Translations under genes and position numbers: made by a program | The notes under the pieces: model-generated | Seen by the model: the letters and a program-made list of their open reading frames with translations, nothing else | Told to the model about the DNA's origin: nothing | Database searches by the model: none | Source of the DNA: an uncultured Clostridia bacterium | Lineage (GTDB): Bacteria > Bacillota > Clostridia > TANB77 > CAG-508 | Direction: 5' to 3' | DNA length: 64,000 nucleotides | Assembly: GCA_934149165.1 (NCBI GenBank) | Contig: CAKPDY010000006.1 | Span: 5,095 to 69,094, forward strand | In this document: positions 50,370 to 60,695 of the stretch, piece after piece | How the letters are laid out: each line of letters starts with the position of its first letter | Position numbering within the stretch: position 1 is the first letter of the stretch

Positions 50370-52235
50370 TTATCCTTCTTTTTTTATTTCAACATAACGT
50401 TTTATTTTCATTGTAGTAGTTTTTTCAAATTCATCTTTTTTTATTTCTAATTTTTTAATTGCTTTATATGATGTTAATTTTCTATTTACTTCTTTTATTT
50501 TTTCCCATATTATATCATGTATTTGTTCTTCTGTTAAATTATCTCCATGTAATCTTTTTATTTCATCATAATTAGGAATAACTTTAGCTGTTATAATTAA
50601 TTCTTTTTCATTTTTCTTTTCTTTATCTTGTTTTCCATATACCATTGATTCTTTTATTTCAGGTATATCACCCAACAATAATTCTATTTCTTCTGGATAA
50701 ATGTTTTTACCATTTTGAGTTACAATTACATTTTTGCATCTACCTGTTATATATAAATATCCCTCATCATCTAAATATCCTATATCACCAGAGTGAAAGT
50801 ATCCATCTTTTATTACTTCTTTAGTAGTTTGTTCATCTTCATAATATCCTAACATTAAAGTTTCGCTTTTTATTAAAATCTCGCCTTCTCCCTTTTCATT
50901 AGGATTATCAATTTTAATATCTGCACATATTACAGCTTTTCCTGCAGAACCTACTTTAGTTTTATATTCTGGTGTTAATGCTGCAATTGGTGCTGTTTCT
51001 GTTAGACCATAACCTTGTAAAAATGTTATTCCTATATCTTCCATCCATTTTCCTATTTTTGCATCAATAGGAGCTGCAGCAGTAACAATTATTCTTAAGT
51101 TTCCACCTAAGTTTTCATATATTTCAGAAAATACTTTACGTTTTATATCTACACCTACGCTTTTTAATGCATTGGTAATATGTATCATTGAATTGACCAT
51201 ACCATCTTTTTTACTTTTTTTAATATTTGCATTAATTTTTTTATATAAATTTTCTACTAGTAATGGAACAGTTAAAATTGCTGTTGGCTTAGTTTCTTGT
51301 AAATCTGAAACAATATATCGTAATCCCTGGCATACACTAATTGATGAACCTGTTGCTAATGGCAATAAATATCCTATTGTTGATTCATATGTATGATGCA
51401 ATGGCAATATAGACATTAATCTATCTGTTGGGTATAGTTTTACATATGCTGAAATTGCATTTATATTTTGTGCTAAATTTCTATTACACAACATTACACC
51501 TTTTGAATTTGATGTTGTTCCAGATGTAAATAATAAAACTTTAAATTCATTTGGATCTACATCTATGTTCATATATGATGTATTTCCATTATTTATTAAA
51601 ATGTTTCCTTGTTTTATTAAATAATTTAAACCAACTGTATTTTTATCTAATTCATCATCTGAATTCATTTGAATAAAATATTTTACATTAGTAGAATTAG
51701 AATCTATTATTTTCTTTATTACTTCTTTCTTTTTTGTAGAATATATAACTGCTGTTGCTTTTGCTCTATTAATTACATTTATAATTTCATTTTCTGGAAG
51801 TTCTTTATCTACAGGTACTGCAATTCCACTTCCACATAATAAAGCCATATATGAAACATACCAATGATACGTATTTTCTCCTATTATTATTACTCTACTA
51901 TCTTTTATTTTTAAATAATCATTTAGTGCTGTTCCTAAAGATATAACATCACTTCTATATTCTTTATATTTTATTTCTTTAAATGGTTCTTTACTATTAA
52001 ATTTTTCTAATATGAATGTATTTTCAGCATATTTTATAGTTGAATTTTGAAATATTTCTTTTACTGTTTTATAATTTGTAATTTCATATATTTTTGAATT
52101 TTTTTTACTTTTTGTTTCTTGTTCTTTTTTTAATGAATCATAATCTACTTGTACTTCTTCTATATCTGATAATCCCTTCATTTTAAATTTAGGGAATTTA
52201 AAATCTGGAACCTTAAAATCTCTTAATATTCTCAC
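50370..52235 (-). CDS. Long-chain acyl-CoA synthetase (AMP-forming, ANL superfamily)
   Basis: AMP-binding motifs LLFTSGTTSNSKGVML, GYGLTET and GDIGYLD.EGYL.I.GR.K. The start is probably the GTG at 52235 after GGAGG (the ORF track extends to 52301). Confidence 0.85.
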   Translation of the reverse strand: MRILRDFKVPDFKFPKFKMKGLSDIEEVQVDYDSLKKEQETKSKKNSKIYEITNYKTVKEIFQNSTIKYAENTFILEKFNSKEPFKEIKYKEYRSDVISLGTALNDYLKIKDSRVIIIGENTYHWYVSYMALLCGSGIAVPVDKELPENEIINVINRAKATAVIYSTKKKEVIKKIIDSNSTNVKYFIQMNSDDELDKNTVGLNYLIKQGNILINNGNTSYMNIDVDPNEFKVLLFTSGTTSNSKGVMLCNRNLAQNINAISAYVKLYPTDRLMSILPLHHTYESTIGYLLPLATGSSISVCQGLRYIVSDLQETKPTAILTVPLLVENLYKKINANIKKSKKDGMVNSMIHITNALKSVGVDIKRKVFSEIYENLGGNLRIIVTAAAPIDAKIGKWMEDIGITFLQGYGLTETAPIAALTPEYKTKVGSAGKAVICADIKIDNPNEKGEGEILIKSETLMLGYYEDEQTTKEVIKDGYFHSGDIGYLDDEGYLYITGRCKNVIVTQNGKNIYPEEIELLLGDIPEIKESMVYGKQDKEKKNEKELIITAKVIPNYDEIKRLHGDNLTEEQIHDIIWEKIKEVNRKLTSYKAIKKLEIKKDEFEKTTTMKIKRYVEIKKEG

Positions 52236-52319
52236 TTTTAATCCTCCATTTTTATGTTTTATTATAACATATATTATATACTTATTAAAAATTTTATGCA
52301 ATATTAAATAAATTTAAAT

Positions 52320-53309
52320 TTATTTTAAAGAATCTAAATTATCTAATGCTTTTCCTGTTCCTAATGCTACACATGATACTGTATCTTGTGCTATCATAAC
52401 ATTTATACCTGTTTTTTCTTGAAGTAACTTATCTAGTCCATCAACTAAACATCCACCGCCAGTCATATATATACCTTTATCACTTATATCTGCTGCTAAT
52501 TCTGGTGGAGTTTTTTCTAATACTGAGTGAACTGAATCAACTATCATTAATGCTGGTTCTATCATTGCCTCTAACATTTCACTTGAATGTATAGTAACTG
52601 TTTTAGGTAAACCATCTATTAAATCTCTTCCTCTTATATCCATTTCTACGTCTTGCATTTTTGGATATACACAACCAATATTTACTTTTAAATCTTCTGC
52701 TGTTCTTTCACCTATTATAATGTTGTGTTTTTTCTTTATATATTTAATTATATACTCGTCAAATTTATCTCCTGCAACTTTTAAAGATGTACTTGTAACT
52801 GAACCTCCTAATGATATAACAGCAATATCTGTAGTTCCTCCTCCTATATCTACTACCATATTACCGCATGGTTTTGATATATCTATTCCTGCTCCTATAG
52901 CTGCTGCAATTGGTTCCTCAATTAAATATACTTTTCTAGCACCTGCTTGTGTTGCTGCATCTATAACAGCCTTTTTTTCTACTTCTGTAACTCTTGAAGG
53001 TATACAAATCATTATTCTAGGGGCAAAAACGAATCTGCCACACACTTTGTTTATAAAATATTTTAACATTTTTTCTGTAACAGTATAATTAGATATAACA
53101 CCTTCACGTAATGGTCTTGTTGCCACTATATTTCCAGGCGTTCTTCCTAACATTCTTCTTGCTTCTTTTCCAACAGCAAGTACTTCGCCAGTGTTACTAT
53201 CTACTGCTACAACAGATGGTTCTCTTAACACAATTCCTTTTCCTTTTACATATGCTATTACTGTAGCAGTTCCTAAATCTATTCCTATATCTTGCCCCAA
53301 ATTAAACAT
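52320..53309 (-). CDS. mreB: Rod-shape-determining actin homologue MreB/Mbl
   Basis: IGIDLGTA...V, EP.AAAIGAG, VDIGGGTTD.A and GI..TGGG motifs. Confidence 0.95.
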   Translation of the reverse strand: MFNLGQDIGIDLGTATVIAYVKGKGIVLREPSVVAVDSNTGEVLAVGKEARRMLGRTPGNIVATRPLREGVISNYTVTEKMLKYFINKVCGRFVFAPRIMICIPSRVTEVEKKAVIDAATQAGARKVYLIEEPIAAAIGAGIDISKPCGNMVVDIGGGTTDIAVISLGGSVTSTSLKVAGDKFDEYIIKYIKKKHNIIIGERTAEDLKVNIGCVYPKMQDVEMDIRGRDLIDGLPKTVTIHSSEMLEAMIEPALMIVDSVHSVLEKTPPELAADISDKGIYMTGGGCLVDGLDKLLQEKTGINVMIAQDTVSCVALGTGKALDNLDSLK

Positions 53310-53481
53310 TTATATCTTCCTTTCCTTATTAATATATTACATTTTGGTTTCATTTACTTTACGATTATATTACATTTCCTATAAAATAGCAAATGTTTTA
53401 GTGTAAAAAAATATATTAGTAATATTTATAATACTACTAATACATTCTTTTATACATTTTTTACTTTCTTTTTTATATTTT

Positions 53482-53931
53482 TTACTTTTTGACTAAATCA
53501 TTAATATTCGTTTTTACTAATTCTAAAAAATCTACATCCTCTGGTTTTGAATCTGTTATTTCAACTTTAAAGCTTTTAACATCTTTATATTCAAATCTCA
53601 CTTCAAATTTTTTCAATTGTTGTACTTCTAATCTATCTATTTTTACATATTTTTCGCCTAATACATTATTATTTTTAGACAGCATGCTTACTTTTATGTA
53701 TTTATTTTCAATAACATTATTTGTATCATTTTTTATTATACCATATATTTCTCCATTTCTATTTGATGCCTTTGCTTCTGTTATTTCTATAAATGGTTTT
53801 TCAACATCTATTGAATAATCTGAAATATCATTATATGATACTTTTAAAAATGCATTTATCATTATATTGCTAAAAACGTAAAATAATAATACCCAAATTA
53901 CATATTTTAAAATTTTTTTCATTTTATCCAT
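53482..53931 (-). CDS. hypothetical membrane-anchored protein
   Basis: The start at MDKMKKILKYVIWVLLFYVF (a GGGGA RBS lies upstream) avoids overlap with lexA. It has a single N-terminal TM helix. Confidence 0.5.
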   Translation of the reverse strand: MDKMKKILKYVIWVLLFYVFSNIMINAFLKVSYNDISDYSIDVEKPFIEITEAKASNRNGEIYGIIKNDTNNVIENKYIKVSMLSKNNNVLGEKYVKIDRLEVQQLKKFEVRFEYKDVKSFKVEITDSKPEDVDFLELVKTNINDLVKK

Positions 53932-53959
53932 ATTCAACTTCCCCTTTTTTATATTTTTA

Positions 53960-54634
53960 TTACAATTTTCTAAATACACCAACCACTCTACCAAGAACCT
54001 GACAATCTTGAACAATTATTGGCTCCATTGCACTATTTTCTGGTTGTAATCTTATATGATTGTCTTCCATATAAAAAGTTTTGACTGTAGCTTCATCATC
54101 AATCATAGCTACAACTATTTCTCCATTTCTAGCAACATTTTGACGTTTTACTAATATATAATCTCCATCCATTATTCCCGCTTCTATCATACTTTCACCA
54201 CTTACAATTAGCATAAAAGCTTCTGAATTTCCAACAAAATCTACAGGAATTAGAAAATTATCTGTTATATTTTCTACTGCTAAAATAGGGGCTCCTGCAG
54301 TTATTTTTCCAATAACTGGTACTCCTATTAACTCTCTACCACTATATAGTGGTTTATTATCTTCAGGCTTTATATCTTTATTTTTTTTGTTAATACTTTT
54401 TAATAATCGCAATGTTCTACCCTTTTGTGTTTCTTTTTTTATATAACCCTTTTCTTCCAATTTAGCTAAATATGCATGTACAGTTGCTGTTGAGTTTAAT
54501 CCTACTGATTTTCCTATTTCTCTTACTGATGGTGCATAACCACATTCATCTATTTGTTTTTCTATAAATTTTAATATATCTCTTTCCCTTTTATTTAGTT
54601 CTTTTGAACCTTTTCCTCTACGCATTCTTTTCAA
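53960..54634 (-). CDS. lexA: LexA repressor
   Basis: wHTH (GYAPSVREIGKSVGL.STATVHAYL..LE.KGYI), cleavage-site region (VPVIGKITAG.PI) and S24 peptidase motifs (VSGESM....I.DGD...V, GEIVVA). Confidence 0.93.
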   Translation of the reverse strand: MKRMRRGKGSKELNKRERDILKFIEKQIDECGYAPSVREIGKSVGLNSTATVHAYLAKLEEKGYIKKETQKGRTLRLLKSINKKNKDIKPEDNKPLYSGRELIGVPVIGKITAGAPILAVENITDNFLIPVDFVGNSEAFMLIVSGESMIEAGIMDGDYILVKRQNVARNGEIVVAMIDDEATVKTFYMEDNHIRLQPENSAMEPIIVQDCQVLGRVVGVFRKL

Positions 54635-54676
54635 TTCTTCTTCCCCCCAATACTAACTTATAATAATAATAACATA

Positions 54677-54720
54677 CAAACAAAAAAATGTCAAACATAA
54701 GTTTGACATTTTTTTGTTTG
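54677..54720. terminator. 20-bp perfect palindrome, terminator of obg (possibly overlapping the lexA control region)
   Basis: caaacaaaaaaatgtcaaac-ataa-gtttgacatttttttgtttg. It lies between the obg stop and the lexA start. Confidence 0.6.
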
Positions 54721-54731
54721 TATAAGAATAC

Positions 54732-56033
<1,302 letters not shown>

Positions 56034-57026
56034 TTATCTTATAATTCCGATTTTTTCATATACCTCTTCTAATGTTTTACTAGCAACTTTTCTTGCTTTT
56101 TGAGCTCCTTTTGTATAAATTTTTTCTAAATATTCTGGATTTTCCATTAATTCATTATACTTATCATGGAATGGTTTTAATTCATTAATTATTGCTTCTG
56201 CTATAACTGTTTTGAAAAATCCATAACCTTTACCTTCAAATTCTTTTTCTATTTCACTCATTGATTTATTTGTAATAATTCCGTAAATTTCCATCAAATT
56301 ACTTACGCCTGGTTTATTTTCTTCATCATATTTTACTACACCTTCAGAATCTGTAACAGCTTTTTTAACTTTTTTCATAATTTCTTCTGGAGTATCTACT
56401 AATAGAATAGTATCATTAGGAATTGTACTACTTTTGCTCATTTTACTTTTTGGATCCTGCAATCCCATAATTCTTGCTCCAACTTTTGGAATATATGGGC
56501 TAGGAATTTTAAATGTATCTCCATATAATTTATTAAATCTTTCAGCTAAATCTCTTGTAATTTCAATATGCTGTTTTTGATCTTCTCCTGTAGGTACTAA
56601 ATCTGCTTGATATAATAAAATATCTCCTGCCATAAGACTAGGATATGTAAATAAGCCTGCATTAATATTATCTGCGTGTTTCTCAGATTTATCCTTAAAT
56701 TGTGTCATTCTAGATAATTCTCCCATATATGTATAACAATCTAAAACCCAAGCTAATTCTGCGTGTTCTGATACTTGTGATTGTAAAAACACTGTACTTT
56801 TTTCTGGATCTATTCCTGCTGCAATATATGATGCTAATATTTTTAATGTGTTTTGTTTTAGTATTTTTGGATCTCTTCTAACTGTTAATGCATGTAAATT
56901 TGCTATCATATAATAACATTCATATTCATCTTGCATTTTAACAAAATTTTTTAATGCTCCTACATAATTTCCTAATGTTAAATCTCCTGTTGCTTGAATT
57001 CCACTTAATATAACTTTTTTACTCAT
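56034..57026 (-). CDS. trpS: Tryptophan--tRNA ligase
   Basis: SGIQATG.LTLGNY.GA (HIGH-equivalent), GEDQKQH and KMSKS present. Confidence 0.95.
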   Translation of the reverse strand: MSKKVILSGIQATGDLTLGNYVGALKNFVKMQDEYECYYMIANLHALTVRRDPKILKQNTLKILASYIAAGIDPEKSTVFLQSQVSEHAELAWVLDCYTYMGELSRMTQFKDKSEKHADNINAGLFTYPSLMAGDILLYQADLVPTGEDQKQHIEITRDLAERFNKLYGDTFKIPSPYIPKVGARIMGLQDPKSKMSKSSTIPNDTILLVDTPEEIMKKVKKAVTDSEGVVKYDEENKPGVSNLMEIYGIITNKSMSEIEKEFEGKGYGFFKTVIAEAIINELKPFHDKYNELMENPEYLEKIYTKGAQKARKVASKTLEEVYEKIGIIR

Positions 57027-57146
57027 AATAAATCTCTCCCATCATTTTTATTTTTATATATTATTATTATTAAAAAAGCTATATTGCCATCGTTTTCCTA
57101 CCATATTATTTATTATTAATTTCATCCAATCCACCTCTTATACAAG

Positions 57147-57175
57147 ATTATAAAGCACTACACACACTTTTGCAA
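57147..57175 (-). promoter_or_regulatory. Putative sigma-A promoter of trpS (TTGCAA-17-TATAAT)
   Basis: Minus strand: -35 at 57170-57175, -10 at 57147-57152, about 120-nt leader. Confidence 0.5.
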
Positions 57176-57284
57176 GATTTTTTTAACTTTACTTTGCAAA
57201 ACTCACATAAAAATAAAACTTCTATCCTAAGCTTTTAAAATTTCAAATAAGCTTAAGACAGAAGTCATGTTTCTTGTATAGTTA

Positions 57285-57554
57285 CTAGTTGTTTGTTTCC
57301 TCTACTGGATACACACTAACTTTTTTCTTATCTCTTCCTAATCTTTCAAATTTAACTTTACCAGTTACTTTTGCATATAATGTATCATCACTACCTATAC
57401 CAACGTTTGTTCCTGGATGGATTTTTGTTCCTCTTTGTCTTACTAGGATATTTCCTGCTGGAACCACTTGTCCGTCAGCTCTTTTTAAACCAAGACGTTT
57501 AGACTCACTGTCTCTACCGTTTTTAACACTACCTTGACCTTTCTTATGAGCCAT
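57285..57554 (-). CDS. rpmA: 50S ribosomal protein L27 (no N-terminal propeptide)
   Basis: [23 protein letters not shown]....Q.V.AG.I.VRQRGTK.HPG.NVG.G.D.TL.A. Confidence 0.95.
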   Translation of the reverse strand: MAHKKGQGSVKNGRDSESKRLGLKRADGQVVPAGNILVRQRGTKIHPGTNVGIGSDDTLYAKVTGKVKFERLGRDKKKVSVYPVEETNN

Positions 57555-57659
57555 GTTTTTCACTCCTTTCAGTATTTAGATTTTTTAAATATTTTTTGAA
57601 TATATTTTTATAATTTCATACAATAGTTCTATATGTATTGAAATAATTTTAGACTATAA

Positions 57660-57974
57660 TTAAGCCATTTTTATACTTGTTATTTCAACTTTTGTGTATG
57701 GTTGTCTATGTCCTTGTGTTCTTCTGTAGTTTTTCTTTGCTTTGTATTTGTAAACTAATATTTTTTTACCTTTACCATGTGCAACTACTTTTCCTTCAAC
57801 TTTTACACCTTTTACATAAGGAGCTCCTACTTCTACTTTATCTTCATTAGATACTAGAACAACATTGTTAAAAGATATTTTTTTACCTTCTTCTTTATCT
57901 AATTTTTCGAAATATACTACATCTCCTTCTGAAACTTTGTATTGTTTTCCACAACTTTCGATTACTGCGTACAT
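57660..57974 (-). CDS. rplU: 50S ribosomal protein L21
   Basis: MYAVIE..GKQYKV.EGD ... GHRQPYTK. Confidence 0.95.
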   Translation of the reverse strand: MYAVIESCGKQYKVSEGDVVYFEKLDKEEGKKISFNNVVLVSNEDKVEVGAPYVKGVKVEGKVVAHGKGKKILVYKYKAKKNYRRTQGHRQPYTKVEITSIKMA

Positions 57975-58104
57975 TTAAGTACACCTCCTTTTACATGTAT
58001 ACTCGCTAAGCATAAAATACTAGGTAGCTAATTTTTAGCATTTTAGAACCCGACTCAGGCGGCTTACAGGTATTTATTTTACCATATTTTGGAGCTAGTG
58101 TCAA
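57975..58104 (-). promoter_or_regulatory. rplU promoter (TTGACA-17-TGgTAAAAT) plus ~100-nt structured leader (candidate L21 leader)
   Basis: -35 at 58099-58104, -10 at 58076-58081. The leader has a GC-rich block (cctgtaagccgcctgagtcgggttc), which is unusual for this AT-rich DNA. Firmicute rplU operons are known to carry an L21 leader RNA. Confidence 0.5.
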
Positions 58105-58246
58105 CCCCATTTTTATACTGTTTTACACTGTTTCACTACAATTTTACACTTCCTATTGTAGAATAATTTAAAAATATGAATAAACCATAACATTGTTTAT
58201 CCATATAATAAAATTAAATAATCAAAGGCCTTATATGTAATAATTA

Positions 58247-58672
58247 TTAATCTTTTCTATCCCCAAAAATAGATAAAATTCTTATAAAGATATTAATAAA
58301 ATCTAAATATAATTGCATAGCACAATATATATGAATTTTATCTTGTTCTATATTTTCATCTGATGCAAGTCTTTTTATTTCATTAATATCATAAATAGTC
58401 ATTGCAAAAAATATTGTTAATATTACCCAGTCTAATATTACATCTAATACTGTATTTTCTAAAAATAAGTTTATTATTGAAACTATTGCTCCTACTATTA
58501 AAAAAGTAATTAAAATAGGTTTCCAACTTGTTAAATCATTTTTTGTAGCATACCCATATATCCCTAATAGAGCAAAAGTTAATGCAGTTGCAACAAATAA
58601 TATTACTATTGATTGCAATTCAAATATATAAAATATTGTTGATAATGTAATCCCATTTATCATTGAATACAC
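58247..58672 (-). CDS. Bax-inhibitor-1/YccA-family membrane protein, apparently N-terminally truncated
   Basis: GITLSTIF...GIYGYATKNDLTSW...IYDINEIK...AMQLYLDFINIFIRILSIFG matches the C-terminal ~60% of BI-1 proteins. It has a GTG start, no clear RBS, and a TTGACA-16-TATAAT upstream. Confidence 0.55.
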   Translation of the reverse strand: MYSMINGITLSTIFYIFELQSIVILFVATALTFALLGIYGYATKNDLTSWKPILITFLIVGAIVSIINLFLENTVLDVILDWVILTIFFAMTIYDINEIKRLASDENIEQDKIHIYCAMQLYLDFINIFIRILSIFGDRKD

Positions 58673-58811
58673 AAAATATAATATCTATTATTATATCTAT
58701 TCTATTCCTTGTGTCAACAATTTTATAGCTTAACATAAATATCTAATTTTGTGAGGTATAATAAAAAATAATCCGCATTGTTATTTACTTTCTTCAAGTA
58801 CAAAGTATATT

Positions 58812-59695
58812 CTATAAATCAATCCATTCATCTATATATTTTTTAGAAATATTTAAACTTCCTGAACCAACTGCTATATCATTATTTGGTTTCTTTTCTC
58901 CGTGAAAATCGCTTCCTCCACTTATATATAAATTATTCTTTCTAGCATAATTAATAAGAATGTTAATTCTATCATCAAACTCAGCAGAAGGGTGAAAACA
59001 TTCAATTCCATCTAACATAATTTCTTTTCTTAATTCATCAATAAATTCAATAGTATCTTCAAATTTATACTCAAATGGATGTGCTAAAAAAACAAGTCCA
59101 CCTGCTTCATGTATTTTATTTGCAACATCTTTATATATAGGCTTTGGAAATTTATCCTCACCCATATAAAAAATACTATTAGGGTTATCTAATCCTTCTC
59201 TTCTAAAATCATTAAATGAATTTAGAAACTCTTTCATTATATTCATATTTTCTTGATGTTTTATAAGTTCAAAGTACATGTATACAACAAAAAAATCTGT
59301 TACAGGTATGTCTTTTTTTATATTATTTATATCATAAATTAGTCCATTTTTATCACATATTTCTAGAATTTTCTTTTTTGATTTTTCAAATTTTTCCTTT
59401 AATATTTCATATGAATAGAATTTATTGGACCACTCTTCTATAACCTCTAAATTTTTTATATTATATGCTAAAAACTCTATCCCTTTTCCATTATCAAGAG
59501 TTGCATTCATTTCTGCACCTTTAATTATTTTACCTGTAAAAATACCTTTATTTAATGATTTATCTTTATACTGTTTACATGTATTATGATCTGTTATTGA
59601 TATATATTCTAATTTTTTTCTTCACATCTTGTTAACACTTCTTCCACGGTTTTTGTCCCATCTGAATAAGTTGTATGTATATGCATATCTACCAT
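58812..59695 (-). pseudogene. PHP-domain phosphoesterase interrupted by a frameshift in an A7 tract (59613-59619)
   Basis: GGGAGG RBS and ATG at 59695: MVDMHIHTTYSDGTKTVEEVLTRCEEKN* (PHP HxH motif). Adding one A gives ..EEKKLEYISITDHNTCKQYKDKSLNKGIFTGKIIKGAEMNATLDNGKGIEFLAY.., in frame with the 232-aa ORF. The span is 884 nt (3n+2). Confidence 0.75.
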
Positions 59696-59757
59696 CTTTA
59701 TACCTCCCTACATATTACTTACTTTATTCTCTGTTACTTAACATTTTTCTGTAATTA

Positions 59758-60219
59758 TTATAATTCTTTTATGTTTTCTATATACTTTTTTATTATTTCC
59801 TTAACTTCATTAGTTATCTTTGGATTATCAACTATTTCTTCAGCTGTTTGCCATAAATATGCATCATGTTCTGTTAAAATAATATTATCTGTCTGTTCAA
59901 CTTTAATAACAAAATTATATTGTCTTGCGTTCTTTCCACTTCCTGATTTATAATCAAAACTATCTACATAACATAGTATTTCTTTCATATCACAGTTTGT
60001 TTCTTCTTTTACTTCTCTTGCCAAGGCTGTTATTATATCTTCGCCTGCTTCCATATTTCCGCTTGGTAATTCATCAATTCCACCCATAAAGTCCTCTGAC
60101 TTTCTAGTCATTATTAAAATTTTTTCATCTTCATTAATAATAATTGCCCCAACAACGTTCTTTTCAATTCCCTCTTTTTTTCCTTTTTCCAATAAATAAT
60201 TATAATTATCCATATACAA
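59758..60219 (-). CDS. NUDIX hydrolase
   Basis: Canonical Nudix box PSGNMEAGEDIITALAREVKEETN. Confidence 0.85.
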   Translation of the reverse strand: MYMDNYNYLLEKGKKEGIEKNVVGAIIINEDEKILIMTRKSEDFMGGIDELPSGNMEAGEDIITALAREVKEETNCDMKEILCYVDSFDYKSGSGKNARQYNFVIKVEQTDNIILTEHDAYLWQTAEEIVDNPKITNEVKEIIKKYIENIKEL

Positions 60220-60300
60220 TTCCTTTCATCGTTTGTTATGTTTAATTTATTAGAACTAATAAATCCTTAGTTTTAACATGTTTTCCCTTATTGCAGATTT

Positions 60301-60528
60301 TTATTTGTTGCCCAGATTATATAATAATTTAAAAATATTTTCAACATTTAGTTGAAAAGCTATTATCTTCCCATTTATTTTCATAACTTTTGATGAAGGA
60401 AATTTTATTTCATTTTTTGAAATTACATCTTTTATACTCTCGTAAATACATTTATGATGATTAATCTCATTTTCAACTATTAATTTATTAATACTAATTC
60501 CATCTTTATAAGATAATTGATGATTTCC
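60301..60528 (-). pseudogene. Start-less 75-codon open frame, possible 3' remnant of a lost gene
   Basis: The minus frame reads GNHQLSYKDGISINKLIVENEINHHKCIYESIKDVISKNEIKFPSSKVMKINGKIIAFQLNVENIFKLLYNLGNK*. It opens directly after a stop with no start codon or RBS, inside a 476-bp otherwise non-coding gap. Confidence 0.3.
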
Positions 60529-60540
60529 TTATAGTTAACA

Positions 60541-60575
60541 AAAAAAATAGATAATCTTTCGACTATCTATTTATG
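60541..60575 (-). terminator. Rho-independent terminator of the TIR/Macro operon
   Basis: Minus strand: aatagatag-tcgaaagat-tatctatt followed by ttttttt. Confidence 0.65.
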
Positions 60576-60695
60576 GCTCCGTTTCAGCTGAGGTTTACAA
60601 ATTTTTATAAATAGTAAATTTGTGTTACAGCTCTTTTAACTTGGGTTTAGCTTAACATAATTTTTTATAATTTGCAAGTACCCTTTTAATATTTT

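Noticed and set aside
57027-57284. Expected T-box leader (or TRAP-type repeats) upstream of trpS.
   Set aside because: The leader from the putative promoter is only about 120 nt. No T-box consensus and no (G/U)AG triplet array are visible. Only a weak 'gaggtgg' resemblance exists. A covariance-model scan (Rfam RF00230) would settle it.
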